Assembly: GCA_004764695.1 (NCBI GenBank)
Contig: SMSO01000034.1
Span: forward strand, 4,278,001 to 4,342,000
Direction: 5' to 3'
Length of the DNA stretch: 64,000 nt
Source: Schizochytrium sp. TIO01
Taxonomy: Eukaryota; Protista; Bigyra: Labyrinthulomycetes
Below the pieces are notes generated by a model. The model searched no databases, was not told where the DNA came from, and saw only the letters and a list, made by a program, of their open reading frames with translations. The translations under genes were made by a program, and so were the position numbers. Shown piece by piece: positions 1-10,600 of the stretch. The number at the start of each line of letters is the position of its first letter. Position 1 is the first letter of the stretch.

Positions 1-876
1 CTTGCCATGCGCTCCCTCACTGGCCCCAAGTTCCCTGAGAAGGCTGCCGACCCCATCATCGTGCACCCCTCCGTCCGCCAAATGCTTCTCTTTCAGAAGT
101 GTGTCTCCGAGGGTGGTCGCGGTATGATCTACGACTCTGCCTTCATGGCCGACCTCATGAACGAGGCTGAGGCTAACGGCGACCACAAGAAGGCCCAGGA
201 CTACGATGACCGCCTCGGCTTCCTTACCCCGATTCTTAAGGGCTTCCTCACTGAGGCTGGCCTTGAGGCCGCTAACATGGGCATCCAGACTTACGGTGGC
301 CATGGTTACATCAAGTCTAACGGTGTAGAGCAGATTGTTCGCGATGTTCGTATTGCCAGCGTCTGGGAGGGCACTACCCAAATTCAGGCTCTTGACTTGC
401 TCGGCCGTAAGATCATGCTCCAGAAGCTCAAGCCCATGAACCAACACACCTCTGGCCTTATGAAGCTTGCCTGGGGCGCCTTCTCCTCCCCTGCTTCTAG
501 CAAGTACGGCAGCATCCGCAAGCACGCCTTCCAGCTTGGCTCTGCTGCTGCTGAGTGGCAGTACCTGACCCTTCGCATTGCTGCCCGTGCCTCCCGTAAC
601 AAGGACTCTATCGGCTCGGCTGCTGTACCCTTCCTCATGTACGGTGGATACGTTTCCCTCGCAGAGCAGTGGCTCAAGATGGAGATCGCCGCCGCCAAGG
701 CCCTTGAGGCAGGTGCCGAGGGCTCTGATGCTGAGTTTTACAAGGGTAAGCTTGCTGCCAGCCAGTACATGTTTAGCAACATCTTGCCCCGCATCGCCAC
801 CCTCAAGCAGCAGATGCTTGCCCCTGTGGAGGATGTTATGACCATCACCCCAGAGCAATTCGCTGCTTCTGACTAA
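1..876 (+). CDS. Acyl-CoA dehydrogenase, C-terminal part (long DmdC/FadE5-like class); 5' end lies before the window
   Basis: The frame is open from base 1 (ctt gcc atg cgc). It has the ACAD motifs ADPIIVHPSVRQML, LTPILKGFLTE, GIQTYGGHGYI, EQIVRDVRIASVWEGTTQIQALDLLGRK, plus a C-terminal FYKGKLAASQY extension. Strong C-ending codon bias. Confidence 0.92.
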   Translation, partial: LAMRSLTGPKFPEKAADPIIVHPSVRQMLLFQKCVSEGGRGMIYDSAFMADLMNEAEANGDHKKAQDYDDRLGFLTPILKGFLTEAGLEAANMGIQTYGGHGYIKSNGVEQIVRDVRIASVWEGTTQIQALDLLGRKIMLQKLKPMNQHTSGLMKLAWGAFSSPASSKYGSIRKHAFQLGSAAAEWQYLTLRIAARASRNKDSIGSAAVPFLMYGGYVSLAEQWLKMEIAAAKALEAGAEGSDAEFYKGKLAASQYMFSNILPRIATLKQQMLAPVEDVMTITPEQFAASD

Positions 877-2156
877 ATTTGTCCACTCCACTCCCTCCCC
901 ATTGGTCATCTTCTTGAAGAAAGTACATATCTCGTAGACGATCGACCATCACACTTCTCAGACCCACAGGTTTTTCTTTTGATTCCTCTGATGACTCTTT
1001 AGAGGGTATAAAATACATGTTGTTGTTACCAACAGCCGAAGCGTGAATCTCAAATCACACTTCTTTGCCAGTATAGAAAACACGCCTACCTGTTTTTATG
1101 TCACTCCCTTTTTTCTTTTTTACACTAGTGTAATCAAATAAGCCCATATTTGGCCCCCTCTTTTAAAGAATATATAAATGACTCACATTAATACCATCCC
1201 TGGCTCGAATGTGCTCTGCATGCTTGATTGTGAAGACGAGCTCCTCATCAATTGAATGTGCCGCCTACCTGCCTACTTTTTCTTTTCTTTTTTTCTTGAT
1301 TGAGTGTAAGCTCTGTAATCGATTACAAGTCTGAAATCAGGGTGGATCACTTTCTTCGCTTTTTTATTCCTGGTAGTTACTTTACACCCTTTCATGGGAG
1401 TAATGTATCTAGTGATACTGTGATACTGGTACCTCCCTCATAGCTCTGACCAGCATAGTTCTTCAAAAAAAACTTAATTTTTTAAGGTTCCACTTAATGC
1501 TGCATTCTCAAATTCGACGTCCTACTCCAGCACTGGCCAGAGCTCCGCTCATTTCTTGCAATGAGCAAAATTTTGATCTAAACAACGGTGCCTTTCTTTA
1601 TTTGTTCGTTCCTTTGAACTTATGCCTTCCGACGGACCGACAGCAGCGTCACCAAGTCAAACAAGATCTCTAAAAAGTTTAGAGAAGAATCTCAGTTGTT
1701 TTCTAGGTTTGATATTTTTAACTTTGCTTATTTCTTGTTGGGTTACTTATTAGGGCTAATATGTAGCTATTAAATGTTATGCTTTACGTCAATCCGTAGG
1801 CATAAGTATCGCGTATTTTAAGAGTGTTTGAGATGGGTGTATAACTTTTTATGAGTTTGCTTTTCATGAGACAAAGAAAAACGTTGTTCAAAGAACGGGA
1901 AACAGGATAACATAAGAGCTTTCACGCGCGCAACACTGCTTACTCTCACTTGGTCAATGTGTAAACTCCATGGCATCCGCCTTAAAGTGCGAAAGGACAC
2001 AAAGAGTGACTCGAAAGCAAGAGGGAGCACAGTTTCTGGTGACAAAGGCTGCTGAGCGGGGAGATATGGATTTTTTGTTGGTCAATATCTTCAGCATAGA
2101 GCCGAGGGATATAATGTATCGTTGGTCGCTTTAGTTGTCTGCCATATTCAACAAAT

Positions 2157-3614
2157 TTAGTCGTGGCGAGCACGCTTGTGACCGCCACGGCCGCCACGAC
2201 CGCCGCGACCGCCACGGCCGCCGCGGCCACCACCGCGGCCACCACGACCACGGTTGTTCTTAGCACGGCGCATGATCTCCACAGCCTCCCAGTGGGCCTT
2301 GGACTCCTCCTCGTTAAGTGTAGCAACCTCAGAGGGCTTCTGGCCGCCAAAGTCCTCGGCAGAGGCAGCGTTAAGACGTGCCAAGACAGAGTCGACGATG
2401 TTTTCAGCCTTGATCTCCACAGTCGCCTCATCCTCACCACGCTGGTAGTTGATCCAAAGAGCACGAGGGTTGTCAATCTCATCACCCACACAGATCTTCT
2501 TCAAGTTCTCGCGATCACAGTCTGCGCCGAGACCCTTGAGGCGGATAACAGGACCGTGGGCAACGGTGCTCTTGGCCTTGCTTTTCTCATCGTCCTCGTC
2601 GTCCTCATCCTCAGCCTTACGCTTGTTAGATTCGCGGCGCTTAATCTCCTCCTCAATCCACAGGTCGAGACGCTCGACAGTCTTCAGAGGCTTGTCTCCG
2701 CAACGAAGAGCGTCCTTGTTATCGAGGATGCGCTGGGCAGCGGCCTCCTCGGAGAACTCAACAAAAACGGAGCCAAGGAACTTGCCGTGCTTGCCATGCT
2801 TGCGGCGCATCTGGAGGTAGACAAAGTCCTTCTCGCTCTCCAAAGCACTCTTGAAGGTGGCAATGCACTCGTCAAGCTTGGCTTCCTGAGAGAAACCGTC
2901 GGCATAGATGCTGCGACGGCGCACAGCAGCGTCGGAGCTATCCGCCTCATCGTAGGCCTTAATACGGCGCACACAGGTCTTATCGTCGTTGAACTCGAGG
3001 GTACTGCTGCTCTCGAGAGCTTGTTTGATGACATCCACAGAGGTGGTGAGTGCCTTGACGCGGTTGAACTTGAGAAAAGTGTCCACCGGCACAAAGCGCT
3101 CCTCGCCGGCCTTGATGAGCTCTACCATGAACTCATCACGGCGGAGGTTTGCGTCACCGAAGTAGAACTCAATCTGGTTCTTCAAAGACTCTTTCTCCTC
3201 CTCAGTCAGCTCTTTCTCAGGTTCCTTCGCCTCCTCCTTGGTCTCCTCAGCTGCAGGCTTGGCCTCCTCGACGGCCTCGACGGGCTTGGCCTCTTCAACA
3301 GGCTTGGCCTCTTCAACAGGCTTGGCCTCTTCAACAGGCTTGGCCTCTTCAACAGGCTTGGCCTCCTCGACGGGCTTGGCCTCCTCGACGGGCTTGGCCT
3401 CCTCGACGGGCTTGGCCTCCTCGACGGGCTTGGCCTCCTCGACGGGCTTGGCCTCCTCGACGGGCTTGGCCTCCTCGACGGGCTTGGCCTCCTCGACGGG
3501 CTTGGCCTCCTCTGCGGGCTTGGTATCCTCGACGTCCTCCATCTTGGCCTCCTCGACGGGCTTAGTCTCCTCAACAGCCTCAGGCTGGGCAGGTACCTCC
3601 TCGGTTTCCGTCAT
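2157..3614 (-). CDS. SSB: La autoantigen (SSB/Lhp1-like) RNA-binding protein with N-terminal EEAKPV repeats and a C-terminal RGG tail
   Basis: La motif (QIEFYFGDANLRRDEFM...FVPVDTFLKFNRVKALT), RRM1 (RSIYADGF...FLGSVFVEFS), a second RRM-like region (VIRLKGL...WINYQRGEDEATV) and an RGG-rich C-terminus. Confidence 0.93.
   Translation of the reverse strand: MTETEEVPAQPEAVEETKPVEEAKMEDVEDTKPAEEAKPVEEAKPVEEAKPVEEAKPVEEAKPVEEAKPVEEAKPVEEAKPVEEAKPVEEAKPVEEAKPVEEAKPVEEAKPVEAVEEAKPAAEETKEEAKEPEKELTEEEKESLKNQIEFYFGDANLRRDEFMVELIKAGEERFVPVDTFLKFNRVKALTTSVDVIKQALESSSTLEFNDDKTCVRRIKAYDEADSSDAAVRRRSIYADGFSQEAKLDECIATFKSALESEKDFVYLQMRRKHGKHGKFLGSVFVEFSEEAAAQRILDNKDALRCGDKPLKTVERLDLWIEEEIKRRESNKRKAEDEDDEDDEKSKAKSTVAHGPVIRLKGLGADCDRENLKKICVGDEIDNPRALWINYQRGEDEATVEIKAENIVDSVLARLNAASAEDFGGQKPSEVATLNEEESKAHWEAVEIMRRAKNNRGRGGRGGGRGGRGGRGGRGGRGGHKRARHD
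3283..3516. repeat. 18-bp coding minisatellite, 13 units, encoding (EEAKPV)n in La
   Basis: ggcttggcc recurs every 18 bp from 3283 to 3499. Four units read ggcttggcctcttcaaca, eight read ggcttggcctcctcgacg, and one is a variant. Confidence 0.97.
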
Positions 3615-4029
3615 GGCTGCTAGCTCGTTTGCTCAAATGCGCTCGCGTACACGTCCTGGTTTACGACGGCGGTGCAGAGATTTGGGTTCTCGCGCGATTG
3701 GGCTCTGCTCAATCAAAAAGGGAGCGCCACCACCCGTCTACCAGAGGCTGGCGATTTGAATTTTGTCTGATAATATCAAACTAAAAATCCACCTTCGCGC
3801 CCTTCAAATTTCGTCTGAAAAATTGTAGCAAATATTAGTTATCAGGCATATAGACTAGGATGGAATAAATGAACGAACGAATGAATGTGAACGTCATTAG
3901 GCTATAAAAAGTTGGGTTTGAAAGCACGATCAAAACCAGATCGAGAGCGAATAGATCGAGAGCGAGGTGGTCAAGAGCGAACAGAGCTGGTGTACGGGCG
4001 TGCACGACTGGAAGAGACCAGCAGCAGAG
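3615..4029. promoter_or_regulatory. Probable shared bidirectional promoter of La and SF3B6
   Basis: The head-to-head start codons are 415 bp apart. AT-rich core with ctataaaa near 3903. Function is inferred from geometry only. Confidence 0.5.
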
Positions 4030-4449
4030 ATGAGCGCCGCGAGTGTAGCAGGCCGCGTTGGCGGCGGAAGCGGTGGGCAGAGGCAAGCACGGCTGCCGCC
4101 CGAAGTGAACCGGATCTTGTATGTGAAGAACCTCCCGTTTCAAGTGACGGGCGATGAGTTGTATGAGATATTTGGAGAGTACGGCGCCATAAGACAAATC
4201 AGGCTAGGCAATGATAAACGTACGCGTGGTACAGCGTTTGTTGTCTATGAAGATATATTTGATGCTAAGTCTGCTGTGGATAAAATGTCGGGCTTCAAAG
4301 TTGGCGACAGATACCTAGTGGTACTGTACTACAGACCTCCGAGGTCTATGCTTAATGGGAGAACAGCAAGCAATGTAGCTAGCATGGACACAGATGACGC
4401 AGAAGACCAGGTTAAGGATGTTAAGCGCCGCCACCGTCTTGCCTTTTAG
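4030..4449 (+). CDS. SF3B6: U2 snRNP SF3b 14-kDa subunit (p14)
   Basis: [17 protein letters not shown]...[15 protein letters not shown]...[25 protein letters not shown]...YLVVLYY is near-canonical p14. The first ATG is at 4030; the ORF-track start is a GTG. Confidence 0.96.
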   Translation: MSAASVAGRVGGGSGGQRQARLPPEVNRILYVKNLPFQVTGDELYEIFGEYGAIRQIRLGNDKRTRGTAFVVYEDIFDAKSAVDKMSGFKVGDRYLVVLYYRPPRSMLNGRTASNVASMDTDDAEDQVKDVKRRHRLAF

Positions 4450-5050
4450 GAATGTCGATGCGGCTAGCTTGATATAATTACAATGACAATTAGGATGGCC
4501 AAACCTCTCAATATAACTTAACATTGCAGGTTTCCAGGTAAAAAAACTGGTTCGATTTCCTCGAATATCCTTAAAGAAACTACAAAGCTTATGAATGAGC
4601 ACCTCTGCGAAGTAGAGACACTGTGTACGGAGATTTATTGCCAAATAAGTTCCTATCTGATCAGACTTACTTTTTAAAAATAACGAAGACACTGGAAGCT
4701 ATTCAATAAAGAAAGCACATCCATCAAGCTGTCTGCACCATCCAGTTTCATTTATGTGCAAAGTTATCTCAAGGAGCACTATGAAGTTACTGATGCCAGA
4801 CGTACGAACCAATTAGCAAATACATGATTATAAACAACGAAAGATTGATTTCTGAATGTACATTAATACTTCATCGATGCAGACGGGAAAAAAGATGCAG
4901 TTAAATTGAAAGCTCTTCCGGTACATTCGCATATAATATTGCCCCAACTTATACACATATCTTTTAGTCGGAGAGTTGGGTAACCCAAATTTGGAGATCA
5001 TGCGTTGATGATTTGCTATTCCTGTCAATATACGCTCTATGATGTCATAC

Positions 5051-5311
5051 TTACTTTTTGGCTTTGGCTTTAGCTGCCTTCGCTGCTGCCTGATCTTTTG
5101 CCTTGTCTAGTTCGTATGCATTGCGATCACTAAACTCATCAATCTTCTGCAAGATCTCGTCCACCTTACTGCTATCCACAAGCAGGTGCACCTCGTCAAG
5201 CTCCTGATAAATGAAGTTGCCAATCGAGTTCTCCTCCTGAAGAAACTTCACATATTGGCAAGTTGCCGCATCTTTGCACTTCAGCAACGAGCCTGGTGTG
5301 GCTTTCACCAT
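5051..5311 (-). CDS. GTF2H5: TFIIH subunit p8/TTD-A (Tfb5)
   Basis: MVKATPGSLLKC-D-A...FL...NFIYQELDEVHLLV...DRNAY matches the Tfb5 pattern (MVxxxKGVLIECD...FIIQDLDDTHVFV...DxNAF). ATG at 5311. Confidence 0.88.
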   Translation of the reverse strand: MVKATPGSLLKCKDAATCQYVKFLQEENSIGNFIYQELDEVHLLVDSSKVDEILQKIDEFSDRNAYELDKAKDQAAAKAAKAKAKK

Positions 5312-5597
5312 CCTCCTTCGTGCCTTCTTCGGGATGATCAACACTGAGTCGAAGCGCAGACTTGCTTCAATTTGTCTTTGCCTTCCTTCTTTCCTTCGTG
5401 CCCCAAATCATCTTTATGTAAAAGCGATATCAACCTTAATACCTAATAATAACCCCTATCTTAAAACCCGCTTATTAAGGCTATTCGATTCATCATAAAA
5501 ATACACACCTTAATATATAGTAGCTTTATAATGACTAATATAGCTTGATTAAGGAGGGACTCATTCAAAGAACCCTTGTGCAACCGCTGTAGCAGAA
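5312..5597. promoter_or_regulatory. Probable shared bidirectional promoter of TFB5 and CCDC77
   Basis: The head-to-head start codons are 286 bp apart with an AT-rich core (5440-5550). Inferred from geometry only. Confidence 0.5.
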
Positions 5598-7373
5598 ATG
5601 AGACGACGAACGGCATTACTGAGCTTGGAGAGCAATTCTGCAAAGCAAAGATACTTGGGCCTCGCAGAAGAGGAAATGGAGACCCTTGGGGATGGCCGAG
5701 ATGGCAACGCACTTGTGCAAGATGCATTGTCAGCTGCTGCTGCTGCTGCTGCTGACGTACTGTCTTTGAGCGCGTGTGGTGAAAAGCAACAATACCAGAA
5801 GCAGGACTTGTCTCGTGAACAACAAGAGGAAAAGGAGCAAATCGGAATGCGAAAAGAGCAAGGCCAGTCTCAAGCAAGCTTGCTTGAATTTTATAAAGCA
5901 AGAATTGCTGAAATGGAGCGTGATCGGGAAGATCTTGTCCGACGAGTCGGCTCAACAGAGGTTCCACATGCAGAACTTCATCGTGTAAAGTGGGAGCTGA
6001 AGGTACGCCAAGAAGAGGTTGAACAATTGCAAAATGCGTTAAGTGATGCCAACGTACAGATATTTGAAGAACGTGAAGAGTCTTTGAAGCTCCTTGCTGA
6101 AAATGATGAGCTCAAGATGCAACAAACCGAAGATCGAAGACGCATTCAGCACTTGTTAGCACTCACAGAACCAGTTGCACAAGAGGTTACTTTCTTCAAA
6201 GATTGCCGCCCATACCTGATGTCCCGCAAACTCCATGGTGGCAACAACAACGGTGGCGAGAGTAGTAGCATTGCAAACGAGAAAGGCCGGCCTCGTGGAG
6301 TCCATGTAAACCCAAATGCCAAGCTTACGGCACGCAGTAGTCGAGAAAATACTGGCGGTAAAGTTTTACGAACGATCTATCTCCCAAATGAACATACAGA
6401 CACACTTAACCAACGTGTCCAGGCGCTTGAGAACCAACTTGAGCAACAACAACGCACTTCTCGCGACCGTGTCGCCGCGCTTGAACGCGACCGTGCCGAT
6501 CGAGAGGCCCTGCATAAACGCGCGAAGGAAGCTCTCGAGAAACAAATTGAAGCACTTGAACAACGTTTGAAATACAGTGAGCAAGCAACTCGTGCGGCCA
6601 CAAAAGATTATCTCGAGTTACGCCATCACTCTCAGCTCGAGTCGCGTGAAAACACTGAAAGACTTAGTGAGCTGGAAAAGGAAAACAAGATTATGCGAGC
6701 GCAACTTGACACTCTTGTAGACAGAGTTAGCAAAGAAATGGAAGCAGCACGACAATCGATTCTTCAAGATGCAGATCGTGCCGTACAGCGATTCCGCAAA
6801 CAAGCCATGTTTGCTGATGATCAACTCGTCAAGGTAAAGCACCAAAAGGAGCATGTCAGTCGAGATCTGCGGGATAAAGCAATGTCATTAGAGGACCGCA
6901 ATGTAGTGCTTGTCAAGAAAAATAAGCAACTTGAACAGCGCCGGAAGCTTGACCATGAAGGATTTCTTCATGATATTGCTTCCATGCGTAAGTCAATCCT
7001 TACTCTCGAGCGTATTGCATATAGCCCTAAGCCCTCGGGAGGCATATCCCCACAGCCCGCCTTCGACGCTGCTGCTGAGAACACCCTTGCTGGAGCAAAC
7101 GTGCTTGAGAAGGAAATCGAACATTTGCGTGCGAGGATAGAAAACCTAAAGCCACACCTTGTAAGCAATACACGGGAGTCCTTCGCTCACAGCCCTCCGC
7201 GTGCACCCGTAAATACCCGGCAATCTAAAAAGCCTAGTCGCACGACGTCGCAAAGACCAGTTTCGCGTCAAAACCGTTCACGCTCGCATTCTTCCATTTC
7301 ATCTACAAGCCAAAAACGTGCCAACTCTAAAACTTCCTCTAGAGCATTGCCGAGGCCTGAGTGGGTTTCTTAA
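5598..7373 (+). CDS. CCDC77: CCDC77-like centriolar coiled-coil protein
   Basis: LLEFYKARIAEME, WELKVRQEEVEQLQNALSDA, EEREESLKLLAENDELKMQQTEDRRRIQHLLAL, EVTFF and LEQRRKLDHEGF match the CCDC77 family pattern. Extended coiled coil. Confidence 0.85.
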   Translation: MRRRTALLSLESNSAKQRYLGLAEEEMETLGDGRDGNALVQDALSAAAAAAADVLSLSACGEKQQYQKQDLSREQQEEKEQIGMRKEQGQSQASLLEFYKARIAEMERDREDLVRRVGSTEVPHAELHRVKWELKVRQEEVEQLQNALSDANVQIFEEREESLKLLAENDELKMQQTEDRRRIQHLLALTEPVAQEVTFFKDCRPYLMSRKLHGGNNNGGESSSIANEKGRPRGVHVNPNAKLTARSSRENTGGKVLRTIYLPNEHTDTLNQRVQALENQLEQQQRTSRDRVAALERDRADREALHKRAKEALEKQIEALEQRLKYSEQATRAATKDYLELRHHSQLESRENTERLSELEKENKIMRAQLDTLVDRVSKEMEAARQSILQDADRAVQRFRKQAMFADDQLVKVKHQKEHVSRDLRDKAMSLEDRNVVLVKKNKQLEQRRKLDHEGFLHDIASMRKSILTLERIAYSPKPSGGISPQPAFDAAAENTLAGANVLEKEIEHLRARIENLKPHLVSNTRESFAHSPPRAPVNTRQSKKPSRTTSQRPVSRQNRSRSHSSISSTSQKRANSKTSSRALPRPEWVS

Positions 7374-7642
7374 GATTATGTTTTCTAGTTTATTATGAGG
7401 TATCCCCCTAATCCTTACTTTTCTGTAACAGCCACATTAAAACTAAGCTTGTGCGTTATCCATGAAAAATCTCCTTTCTGCGTTGTATTAAATCATTGCT
7501 GTTTATAGAAGGGGACAGTGCTTGATACGTTTCCAATGATTCTTAGGGGATGTGTTTTCCAAAACTTCATAATAGAAATAAGAGCAAAATTATTATTGAT
7601 ATGAAGATGCTTTTTAAAGCATTCCTGACTAGCTACGATTCC

Positions 7643-10600
7643 TTAGTGGATTCCATATGAAGATCGCACATCCATAAGGTATTCTTCGATCGGCATTGCA
7701 CCACGTTCAAACATGCGGACCAACTGCGTGGTACTTTCTGCGACCGTGGCATTGACATCAGACAGCCAAGCCTGGTCAACAGGCTCTTGTGCGACGTCTG
7801 AATCCATAGCTGCGCCAAGGATCCATTCACGAATCTCTTCACGAGCCTGTCCTGACAAGAACTGCGACTTGGGCAATGGGTTTTTATGGGGTTCTGGAAT
7901 ATCAGTGTCCTGGAAATCAGCATTGTCCAGATCACCAAGTTCGCCCTCGTCAATGGCCTCGCTCAGGTCCAAGTACCTGTTAAGAATTGCAAACGCCTTT
8001 GCATTCCATTCCATTTCCCTGCAGGCCAGGCCAGCAAGATAGAAGATCTTATCGCAGGGAATAGCATCGCCCTTGAATCGCAACAGAGCAACCAAAATCT
8101 TCGCGCCAAGTTCCAAAGAACCCTCTGCAACGCAGACGTAGTACAAGCGGTACAAGTGGGTTACAAGCAAGAGACGCTCTAGAGTTTGCAACTGAGATTC
8201 GCCGCTTGACTTTGATTCAAGACGCCTGGAGTTCGAGCGTTGGCGAATTGCATTGAAAAGTACCTCTCGGAGGTTGCGTAGTGCAACTTCATACGATACA
8301 TTCTCTGATTCACCATCTAGACTGTCGTCCTTAACTTCGCCGTGGTCATTGAGAGGGTTGACGAGCTTGATGTCAGCTTGCTTACGGCCAAGAACCTCTT
8401 GTGCAAGACGACAGAACAACGCAAAATGCTGAGGACCGGAGGGCGTACCATATTTGGCCAGCATAGTCACAGACCGATCGAGCTTTGCCACTGGGACCTC
8501 ACCCAGGGGAGCATCTTCTAAAAGTCTAGATGCCATCTCCCCTGCATATTTGGAACCCAATTCGACAGGGATGCCTTCCTGACTATCGATGACCTGGAAG
8601 ACCTTCCCCCAATCTCCCTGTTCTGCATGGAGATGGAAAGCAGCATCAAAGTCGCCCATCTTCAACAGTTCGCCAGGATTGCGCTCTTGCCGCATATGCT
8701 TTCGGTATGCCTTGTCTACAAGCTCTTGATATGCTGGAGCAATCTCTGCGACATTTCGCGCTTTGTCCCACTTCTTTGCCTTGATGTAGCACCGTACAGC
8801 CTCCTCATGGCGTTCTACCTCTTCATACAAATCACCAGCAGCGTTGAAACGTCCAACGTTGGCTAGACGATCAGCCACATGCTCCACTATATCGCCATAC
8901 GAATCCTTGGCATGCTGGGAGGCGAGACGAATTCCACGGTCCCAGGCGACTACCATTAGATCAACTTCCTCAGATGTCGGCTGAGCGGATGCTTCTCCGT
9001 CGAGGGTTTCACCAGTGTGTAAGTAGCAATCAATAGCCTTGCTAAACTCTTCATTATCCTCGAAAATTTTCGCAGAGTCCATTGCGGAGCGAATTGCTTC
9101 ACTCATACTGCCTCCAATCGCATTAAGTCGAGACGCAGCAGGGTTGTACGCCTTAGGACTACGGCGGCCGCTTGCCTGTGGAGAGCGAGGTCCTGGCGGG
9201 GCAGAGTTTACTGGGGGAGCATCACCCATACTAGCAGCCAAACTTACAGATACGCTACCGCCTTCCTTAAAGGCTCGCTGGACCTCTTGAAGTTTATGAG
9301 GCAAGTGCATCTTCGCAAACCGAATTGCCTCCTCCCAAAGTCCGTGCTCTTGAAACATTGCCAAAGCATACTCAGGCTTCTTTGCATTAAGGAACAATGT
9401 TTCGGCGTTAGAGAACTGCTTAAGGCCCACGGCATGCTTAGCTTGGGCTACCAGAACATCTGGAATTGATGCTGGATCATACCGCTCTGCAACGCGCATA
9501 GCACTGCTCCAATCTTGCTGGTGATTGTACATTTCAATGGCTTCCTTCGGTTTCTCTGCCTTGATAAACTCAGCCTCGGCCTCAGTGAAGCGCTCCTCAT
9601 CTTCAAGGTATAACGCGTGTTTAAGATGTACCTCTGGCACTCGAGCAGGTAACGAATTCTTGGCCAAGTCAAGGGCTTCGTTGTAAGCGCCGTCATCGAT
9701 AGCGTAGTCAATAGCTTGCTCCACCAGACCGAGTTTTGTAAGCAACTTTGCTCCAGCCTCTCCACCCAGGACTTTTGCCCATTGGTACGCGACTTTCCGA
9801 CTGGCAGATACTCCGCCATGGTATTTTGCCACACGGATAGCCTCGTCCCATTTATCGTTCGCAGTGTACATGTTAACAGCCGATGGCCAATCACCAGCAT
9901 GGGCAAAGTGCTCTTCTGCCTGGCGCAAATTGCCTTCCATTTCGAGGCGTCCGGCCAAACGTAAATGAGTATCTTTCAGTTTCTCCTTGCGGTAGGCGGC
10001 GACTAAGCGAACCATATGATCAAACTTACGAGCCTTCTCATACATGGCAATCGCACGATCGACGGAGTCAACGGTAAGAAGCAAGCGCTCGGCCTCTTTG
10101 TATCGGCCCTTGCTCTCCAAAGTTTGAGCTTGTTTGTGGTACAATGCAGACACTTCTTGAGAGCTCATAAATCTCGTGGCGAGCTCATGAGCAGCATCCC
10201 ACTGTCCAGCATCTGTATACATCTGGATAGCTTCCTTCTCACATCCAGCCAGAGTATAGTACTTCTCAGCACGATCAAACTGCTGCGACTGATGGTAATG
10301 GGTAGCAATTCGCTTATAGTAAGGACGAGAGCTGTCCTCATCGCCACCAAATGATTCTACAAGCTGGCCAGCCTTGGTCCACTGGCGGGCGTTGAGAGCA
10401 GCTTCGATTGCCTTGCGAGTAGCGTTTGCTTCGATAAAGTGCCCGATTGCCGGTTCGTGGTTCTTATTCTGAACTAGCCAATCGCCCCACATCTCTTCTA
10501 AGCGAATGACCTGATCTGGGAATTCTCGCCGGGCTAGTTCAACAGCATTACGATAAGCATGTCCCTTTTTGTAGGACTGCAGGGCACGCTCTGTCTGACC

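Noticed and set aside
3283-3516. Regular repeats resembling a CRISPR array
   Set aside because: The units are contiguous with no unique spacers, they are in-frame coding, the context is eukaryotic, and there are no cas genes.
2163-3623. 486-aa antisense ORF spanning La, plus repeat ORFs in the other frames
   Set aside because: A mirror-frame artefact of strong codon bias and the 18-bp repeat. It has no ATG start and no domain.
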